Below, one piece after another: positions 57,680 through 64,000 of a stretch of 64,000 nt of DNA. How positions within the stretch are numbered: the stretch's first letter is position 1; each line of letters starts with the position of its first letter. The translations under genes and the position numbers were made by a program. The notes under the pieces were generated by a model. It ran no database searches and was not told where the DNA came from. It saw only the letters and a list, made by a program, of their open reading frames with translations. Origin of the DNA: Ignavibacteriota bacterium (GTDB lineage: Bacteria; Bacteroidota; Ignavibacteria; UBA10030; CAVZMI01); assembly GCA_963776275.1 (NCBI GenBank), contig CAVZMI010000023.1, positions 416,001-480,000 of the forward strand. The letters are read 5' to 3'.

Positions 57680-58603
57680 TTATATATTTCTTTTTTCAAG
57701 ATCGGAAATGAGCTCGACAATCCTTTCGAGATCATCCTGAGAATAATATTCTATCGTGATTTCCCCTTTTCCTGTCGGGTGAGATTTGATCTGGACTTTA
57801 GTACCCAGAGCATGACGAAGCCGTGATTCCATATTCCTGATTCCACCATCGGCCGGTGAAAGTGTGGCGGGTGTCCCTTTCCGTGGAACCGGTATTTTAT
57901 TTCCGATCGTGCGAACAAGTTCTTCCACTCTTCTTACCGACAATCCCTGCCGGGTGATGCGATGCCAGATCTTCAATTGTACGGCTTCGTTTGGTAATGC
58001 AATGAGCGCGCGGGCATGTCCCATACTGATCTCTTCTCGCCGGAGACTCAATTGAACTTGGGCGGGAAGTTTTAATAGTCTCAGAAAATTAGTTACCGTT
58101 GTCCGGTCTTTCCCTATTTTTTGGGCAACAAGTTCCTGTGTGAGATCACATTCATCAATCAACCGCTGATAGGAGATCGCCACTTCAATCGGATTCAGGT
58201 GCTCACGCTGGAGGTTTTCGACCAGCGCCAGCTCGAGCATTTCTTCATCTCTTTTTACTTCGACGATATAGGCGGGGATCGTTTTCAGTCCGATCTCCTG
58301 AGATGCACGTACACGCCGTTCACCCGAAATAAGACCATAATTACCGTCAGCTGTCCGACGTACGGTAATCGGTTGTATGACTCCTTTCTCGCGGATCGAG
58401 CGTTTCAAATCCTCTTGCGCTTCAACATTGAAATCCAATCGAGGTTGAAACGGGTTGGGCTTGATGCGATCAAGTTCAATGCTTGCAATGATGTTTGTCT
58501 GTTCTGAATCATCCCTGCGTACTTCAGGCGCGGTACGCGGTTCTTCGGGTGTCGATCGCTGGAGTAAAGCACTCAATCCCTTTCCTAAGACCGTTTTGCT
58601 CAT
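57680..58603 (-). CDS. parB: Chromosome partitioning protein ParB
   Basis: [29 protein letters not shown]. Confidence 0.97.
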   Translation of the reverse strand: MSKTVLGKGLSALLQRSTPEEPRTAPEVRRDDSEQTNIIASIELDRIKPNPFQPRLDFNVEAQEDLKRSIREKGVIQPITVRRTADGNYGLISGERRVRASQEIGLKTIPAYIVEVKRDEEMLELALVENLQREHLNPIEVAISYQRLIDECDLTQELVAQKIGKDRTTVTNFLRLLKLPAQVQLSLRREEISMGHARALIALPNEAVQLKIWHRITRQGLSVRRVEELVRTIGNKIPVPRKGTPATLSPADGGIRNMESRLRHALGTKVQIKSHPTGKGEITIEYYSQDDLERIVELISDLEKRNI

Positions 58604-59403
58604 AGAGTATGCTGTTCTCCGATCTTCGTTTGGGTAAGATGATTGTTATGAGTGAGAATTTCTTTCGCGAGCTCCATATAATTTCTGGTACCGCTTGAGA
58701 CCGCATCATAAAGAATAATCGGCTTTCCAAAACTCGGAGCTTCGCTCAAGCGGACATTCCGATTGATAATCGTATGAAAAACCTTTTCACCAAAATATTT
58801 CTTCACTTCCTCCACAATTTGATTCGAGAGACGTAATCGACTGTCGAACATAGTCATGAGAACACCCTCGATTGCCAACGAAGGATTTAATCCCTTTTTT
58901 ATGATATTGATAGTATTGAGAAGCTGACTGAGACCTTCCAGCGCGTAATATTCACATTGAACGGGGATTAGAACGGTATCAGCAGACGTCAATGCATTAA
59001 GCGTAAGAAGTCCAAGAGAAGGCGGACAATCAATAATAATATATTTATAGGTATTACGGACCTTTTCGAGGGCATGCCTGAGCAGAAGTTCGCGTTCGGG
59101 TAATTCTACAAATTCGACCTCTGCGCCGACGAGATTCACATTTGATGGGAGAACCGAAAGGTATGGGACGGCAGTCTCAACAATAACATTCGCGGGTTCT
59201 TCCCCGCCGAGAAGGACTTCATATATCGATTTTCCATCGTTTTTTTTATCGATCCCCACGCCGCTTGTGGCATTCGCCTGCGGATCAATATCGACAAGTA
59301 AAGTAGAAAATTCCGCTACGGAAAGGCACGCGGCAAGGTTGACCGCTGTCGTCGTTTTCCCAACTCCTCCTTTTTGGTTCGTTATTGTTATAATCTTCCC
59401 CAA
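58600..59403 (-). CDS. parA: Chromosome partitioning ATPase ParA/Soj
   Basis: [22 protein letters not shown]; TTG start re-called at 59403. Confidence 0.97.
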   Translation of the reverse strand: MGKIITITNQKGGVGKTTTAVNLAACLSVAEFSTLLVDIDPQANATSGVGIDKKNDGKSIYEVLLGGEEPANVIVETAVPYLSVLPSNVNLVGAEVEFVELPERELLLRHALEKVRNTYKYIIIDCPPSLGLLTLNALTSADTVLIPVQCEYYALEGLSQLLNTINIIKKGLNPSLAIEGVLMTMFDSRLRLSNQIVEEVKKYFGEKVFHTIINRNVRLSEAPSFGKPIILYDAVSSGTRNYMELAKEILTHNNHLTQTKIGEQHTL

Positions 59404-59559
59404 TACGGACTCCAACAAAATTTCACCATAGTTAAACCGACGGTAATTATCATTTCTCCCCACCAAGGAAAAATCAGACATGTATCGCTCAGCCGGTATA
59501 ATCTGGAGTGGTGGGACCTTTTATGAATCCTCCGCAGAGATGGCGTGAAACCGTGTGAA

Positions 59560-59800
59560 ACAAATATAAATCAATTTTTAAGGGATTGCAATCAAAATAT
59601 TAGTTATCAACAGCTTATCAACGACTTTTTTAAAGGTTAATTTCGAAACCACAAATACTAATTTTTATTCTAAAGACGATGAAATTTGCTGTCCCTGAGA
59701 ACTGGTAATTATCAACACCCTTCACCAGTTATCCACATCATACCGTCTTCAAAATAATACAGGAGGAGTTAAATTCTACTTGTCCTATTTGACGGTTGAC
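59560..59800. other. Candidate replication origin (DnaA-box cluster)
   Basis: TTATCAACA 59604, TTATCAACG 59615, TTATCAACA 59709, TTATCCACA 59729 in an AT-rich spacer upstream of parA. Confidence 0.55.
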
Positions 59801-59826
59801 TTAGAATTATAGCCCGTTATTGGCAA

Positions 59827-60447
59827 TCATGCTCCAACCAGCACCACGATTAATTCTCTGGTTCCGTGCATCCCTTTAACGAGGATTTTTTCAATATCTG
59901 CCGTACGGCTTGGTCCGGTAATAAACGTCAACGAGCTTGCTTTATGCATCCAATCAACATCAGATTTCTGAAGATGGGCAAAATATTCTTCAAGCGTCGA
60001 AACGCATTGCCCCGGACGTGCGATGACACAATGCGTCCGTGTAACAAGCGACAAGACTTTCTTTTTATTCTCGCCTCCCGATAGAATGACGGTCCCGGTC
60101 TCGGCAATAAGTGCATCACAAGTCGTTATTCCTCCCTCACTCTGAACAGGCTCTCCCTCAAGAGAAAAACCTTCGTACGGGATATCATGAAGATACGGCG
60201 TCGATTCCACACAGACTCGATCCAACGTTGAAAATATTTGAGACAGAATTACCGGCAATTCTTTTTTTGTACAACGGACCATCCTTCCACCGACTTTTTC
60301 AAGCGCATCGTTGAATTGTTTATGCAGCATTTCATACGACTCGGGATTCGACTGTTGCAGCGATTTTTCTCTTTCGATTGTTTCATAATCCACCGCAGTG
60401 AGATTCCGACGGATCCGGCTTATAATATTTTCACGTGTTGAGTTCAT
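59827..60447 (-). CDS. lutC: Lactate utilisation protein C (LUD domain)
   Basis: IAETGT, ITGPSRTADIE. Confidence 0.9.
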   Translation of the reverse strand: MNSTRENIISRIRRNLTAVDYETIEREKSLQQSNPESYEMLHKQFNDALEKVGGRMVRCTKKELPVILSQIFSTLDRVCVESTPYLHDIPYEGFSLEGEPVQSEGGITTCDALIAETGTVILSGGENKKKVLSLVTRTHCVIARPGQCVSTLEEYFAHLQKSDVDWMHKASSLTFITGPSRTADIEKILVKGMHGTRELIVVLVGA

Positions 60448-60453
60448 TGATTT

Positions 60454-61854
60454 TTAATCATTCTTTATTTGTTGACTTTCCCACCATTCATGAAACGATT
60501 CGTTCGCTGGTAGGGGGAAATCGCGCGTCACCGACCACGCCGGAACAGACAGCGACCCTTTTCTTTTCCATAACCGTGCGATAATGCGTGAAGATCGAAG
60601 TGCCAGACGGTAGAGAAACTCGCTCATCATGACAGTTTTCCACACCGAAAAGACAAATCGCTCAACGAGAGGAGACAGGCGTTTTTCAATTACCCGACTT
60701 CGCTGATAGAGGAGAAGATGGTGTATATTAATTTTCACGGGACAGATTTCAGAACAGCTCCCGCAGAGCGATGAGGCGAACGGAAGCGACGTTGCCTGTT
60801 CAATCGGATATAATGATGGAGTGAGAATCGATCCGATCGGTCCGGTATATACCGAACCATATGCATGTCCGCCGACATTCTGAAACACCGGACATGTATT
60901 TGAACAGGCGCCGCACCTGATGCAGTACAACACCTCGCGCATGACAGAATCGCCTACTATCGCACTCCGGTTGTTATCCACCAGAATAACTATTATCTCA
61001 TCCGGTCCATTTGTATCTTGAGACTTTCGAGGCGATTGAATTACCGAAACGTAGCTCGTCATTAGCTGACCTGTGGCGCTCCGCGGCAATAGTTTCAAAA
61101 ACAGCGGAAGATCCGAAATCGCCGGAAGGATTTTTTCTATCCCGGTGATGACGATGTGCGTTTTCGGTAATGTCGTCACGAAGCGTGCGTTTCCTTCATT
61201 TTCAATAATGACAATCGAGCCTGTATCAGCAATAAGGAAATTCGCTCCCGAGATTCCCATTTGAGCCGAAAAAAATTTTTCTCGCAGGATCTTCCTCGCA
61301 ATTCCTGTCAGCTCGCCGGGATCATCTGTGTATTCCGTGTTGAGTTTTGATGAAAAAAGCTCCCCTATTTGCGATCGCGAGAGATGGAGCGCCGGTGCCG
61401 TAATATGCGACGGCGGCTCGTCGTTCAATTGTACAATATATTCACCCAGATCAGTCTCGACAACTTCAATGTTCTGCTTTTCGAGATATTTATTCAGTCC
61501 GATTTCCTCAGTAACCATAGACTTAGATTTTACAACAAGCCGGGCATTTCTTTTTCGTGCTATCAGCGCAACAAGCTCATTTGCTTCATCGGCGGTCTCG
61601 GCCCAGAGTACTTTTACACCGTGCGACACTGCATTGCGTTCGAACTCCTCCAGATATTGTGCAAGATGTCCTATCACATGGCGCTTGACGGAATATGCAC
61701 GATTTCGAAGCTCTTCCCAATTTGTCATTTCATCGACTACCGCAGCACGGGCGGCCAAAGCGTAATGTGTCGCGTTGAGCAGGTTCTTCCGAAGCTGTTT
61801 ATCGTGAAGCTTCTCTTTCGAATCCACTTTGAATTTGTTCACGTTCAGATGCAT
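60454..61854 (-). CDS. lutB: Lactate utilisation Fe-S protein B
   Basis: KSKSM, ETDLGEYIVQL, CIRCGAC, SLCGSCSEICPV. Confidence 0.93.
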   Translation of the reverse strand: MHLNVNKFKVDSKEKLHDKQLRKNLLNATHYALAARAAVVDEMTNWEELRNRAYSVKRHVIGHLAQYLEEFERNAVSHGVKVLWAETADEANELVALIARKRNARLVVKSKSMVTEEIGLNKYLEKQNIEVVETDLGEYIVQLNDEPPSHITAPALHLSRSQIGELFSSKLNTEYTDDPGELTGIARKILREKFFSAQMGISGANFLIADTGSIVIIENEGNARFVTTLPKTHIVITGIEKILPAISDLPLFLKLLPRSATGQLMTSYVSVIQSPRKSQDTNGPDEIIVILVDNNRSAIVGDSVMREVLYCIRCGACSNTCPVFQNVGGHAYGSVYTGPIGSILTPSLYPIEQATSLPFASSLCGSCSEICPVKINIHHLLLYQRSRVIEKRLSPLVERFVFSVWKTVMMSEFLYRLALRSSRIIARLWKRKGSLSVPAWSVTRDFPLPANESFHEWWESQQIKND

Positions 61855-61857
61855 GGT

Positions 61858-62571
61858 TTATTGTCGCGCAAGAATTTCGGTCAGATGAATTGATTTTACC
61901 CTACTACTATGCCGGCGGAGATACCCCTCGATGTTCATCAGGCAACTCGAGTCATTAGCTACGACATACCGCGCACCACTCTTTTCAATAGCAGCGACTT
62001 TTTGTTCGACCATTACCGTCGAAAGTTCCGGAAACTTCACTGCAAATGTCCCCCCGAAACCACAGCAGCGTGTACTGTCTTCCATTTCAACGAATTCGAG
62101 TCCCTTAACATTCCGCAGCAGAATCCGCGGTTCATCTTTTATACCAAGTTCGTGAAGTAGATGACATGCATCATGATAAGTAACCCTTTCCTCAAATCGG
62201 GCTCCGACATCGTAGATTTTGAGAATTTTTACCAGAAATTCCGAAAACTCGAACGTACGTGCGCATAATGCTTTCTGATCTTCGCTCAGTCCCCCTTCGA
62301 AAAGCTCATTGTAAAGATTCCGAACCATTCCGACACATGAACCGGAAGGAGCGACAATATACTGACTCCGGTCAAAGACCTTCATCCACCGGGCGGCTAC
62401 AGCGCGAGCATCGTGACGGTATCCAGTGTTCATCGCCGGTTGCCCGCAACAGGTTTGTGATGTTCTATAGTCGACCTCCACGCCTATACGCCGTAAGATT
62501 TCAACCATAGCAATTCCCGTGGCAGGGTAAAAAGAATCGACCAGACAGGGTATGAATAGTGTGACGCGCAT
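61858..62571 (-). CDS. lutA: Lactate utilisation protein A (CCG domains)
   Basis: QTCCGQP, YHDACH, CCGFGG. Confidence 0.93.
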   Translation of the reverse strand: MRVTLFIPCLVDSFYPATGIAMVEILRRIGVEVDYRTSQTCCGQPAMNTGYRHDARAVAARWMKVFDRSQYIVAPSGSCVGMVRNLYNELFEGGLSEDQKALCARTFEFSEFLVKILKIYDVGARFEERVTYHDACHLLHELGIKDEPRILLRNVKGLEFVEMEDSTRCCGFGGTFAVKFPELSTVMVEQKVAAIEKSGARYVVANDSSCLMNIEGYLRRHSSRVKSIHLTEILARQ

Positions 62572-62599
62572 GAGAGATTAAAAAGAAAAAGCTTTGTCG

Positions 62600-63157
62600 T
62601 TATTTAGACGCTTTTCTGTCAAAGCCGGCTTCCTCACGATATTTTTGATAGCAGTCAGGACATAGTCCATGAGAAAACTGCGCCTGGGTATGTGTCGCGA
62701 TATATTCCCCAACCTGTTTCCAATATTCTTCGTCATCACGAATTTTTTTGCATCTCGCGCAAATGGGGATTAGCCCCCATAATGTCTACACATTACTGAG
62801 AGCGTCTTTGAGTTCTTTTGAAAGTGACCGTTCTTTTACAAGCAATTGATAGTATGAGATCGAGAACGAGAGAAAAGCCAGCAGTCGTATTCCCGTGTTC
62901 CAATACCCATAGAGAATGTGGCTGTATTGACGGCCGGAATATTGGTCGGAGATAAACCAGACAATCGCGCTCAAAAAAGAAATACTGATGGAGTACCTTA
63001 GACCCAGCAGCCGGGCGGCCAAGGCAACAGGAATGAAATAAAAAATAAAAAATCCGAATTCCCACCCGGTTAAATTATCCACAACACCGAGGGCGAGTAC
63101 ACTCATAAAGATGACAATAAATATTATGATGCGTCGTATAGAATTTTTCTCAATCAT
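62600..63157 (-). CDS. Membrane sensor-like protein with C-terminal Cys-rich domain, interrupted by an in-frame TAG
   Basis: TM domain, then LSNV*TLWGLIPICARCKKIRDD...FSHGLCPDC to TAA at 62600 in the same frame. Confidence 0.75.
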
Positions 63158-63258
63158 ATCCTTACCCTCTCTTGCCTAAAAGAATGCCTGGCAACATCAT
63201 AGTAAGAAGTCGGCTGAACCATTGTTTCATGGCATCTCATGGAGAAAATCGATTATCA

Positions 63259-64000
63259 TCACACTGCTTCAATCGTCGATGGCGGTTTCGTTGTTATGTT
63301 ATATGTGACACTGACAACACCGGGCACCTTGCGGACAATCTCACGGGAAAGCTTCGCAAGCATTTTGAAGGAAAGCCGCGTCGGTGTTGCTGTCCGTGCG
63401 TCGACGCTTTCCCAGCAGCGTACTTCGATCTGCTGACCGAAATCGCGTTTGCCGTCGCGCATCCCGGTTACACGGTCTTCATGAAGAATGGCCATGTATT
63501 GAAATGCACCGGTCCCCTTGAGCATTTTTTCAACAATGACGGTCGCTTTACGAACTGTTTCAATGCGATCCGGTGTTACTTCGCCGATTACACGCGCCGA
63601 GAGCGCCGGCCCCGGAAAAGGAATGCGTTTGAAGATCCCCTGTGGAAGCCCGAGTGCTTTACCGACTTTCCTCACACCATCCTTACGAAGCTGAATCAGT
63701 GGCTCGATGATACGGTATCCGAAAGTTTCCTGCGGGTCGATGCCGAGCTGCTCGAAAACATTATGTTGCCGCTTGATGCCTGCGATGGTCTCATCGACAT
63801 CGGTAAGGATTGTTCCCTGGAGAAGATATTTCGCCGCACTATCCCTGACAATTCGGCCAAAGACGTTTTTATAAAAAGTCTGGGTTATCGCCTCACGCTT
63901 TGCTTCCGGATCTGTAATTCCTTTGAGCGCAGCGAAGAATTCTGCACGTGCATCGACCACTTCCACTTCTACGCCGAGCTTTTTGAAAATATTAACGACC
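63259..64000 (-). CDS. GMP synthase ATP-pyrophosphatase (subunit B-like), 5'-partial
   Basis: DPEAKR, LLQGTI, HNV, PFPGP, YNITTKPPSTIE. Confidence 0.85.
   Translation of the reverse strand, partial: VVNIFKKLGVEVEVVDARAEFFAALKGITDPEAKREAITQTFYKNVFGRIVRDSAAKYLLQGTILTDVDETIAGIKRQHNVFEQLGIDPQETFGYRIIEPLIQLRKDGVRKVGKALGLPQGIFKRIPFPGPALSARVIGEVTPDRIETVRKATVIVEKMLKGTGAFQYMAILHEDRVTGMRDGKRDFGQQIEVRCWESVDARTATPTRLSFKMLAKLSREIVRKVPGVVSVTYNITTKPPSTIEAV

Noticed and set aside
63075-63083. Perfect DnaA box TTATCCACA
   Set aside because: Isolated and inside a coding region; plausible by chance

Overview
Core chromosomal region of a diderm bacterium. Gene order, protein sequences and sigma70-type TTGACA/TATATT promoters suggest an Ignavibacteria/Chlorobi-like member of the FCB group (inference). 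Bases 1-22.5 kb hold the minus-strand translation/transcription superoperon: tRNA-Thr/Tyr/Gly/Thr, rpmG, tRNA-Trp, secE, nusG, rplKAJL, rpoBC, rpsLG, fusA, tuf and the S10 operon up to the start of rpmC. The rest is housekeeping and envelope genes: glnE, an M20 amidohydrolase, an RluA-family gene, msrB, a large DUF2334-deacetylase/glycoside-hydrolase-like fusion beside a processive GT2, MacAB-TolC-type export genes, the CCA enzyme, an rlmI-like gene, tag, spmAB, parAB, a DnaA-box cluster (candidate oriC), lutABC and a partial GMP-synthase B-type gene. At least nine genes, including rpoB, rplK and rplP, are frameshifted, so the consensus is noisy. There is no transposase, integrase, phage or cas gene. 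The most unusual signals are non-coding: (i) tRNA 3'-half copies whose T-arm is replaced by a CCGC-N-GCGG palindrome, three in tandem after tRNA-Gly and one after tRNA-Thr(UGU); (ii) twin covarying hairpin leaders before rpsJ and rplC; (iii) small REP-like palindromes nested up to four deep. Also notable are an in-frame amber codon before a conserved Cys-rich domain and a two-gene PNAG-like polysaccharide module.
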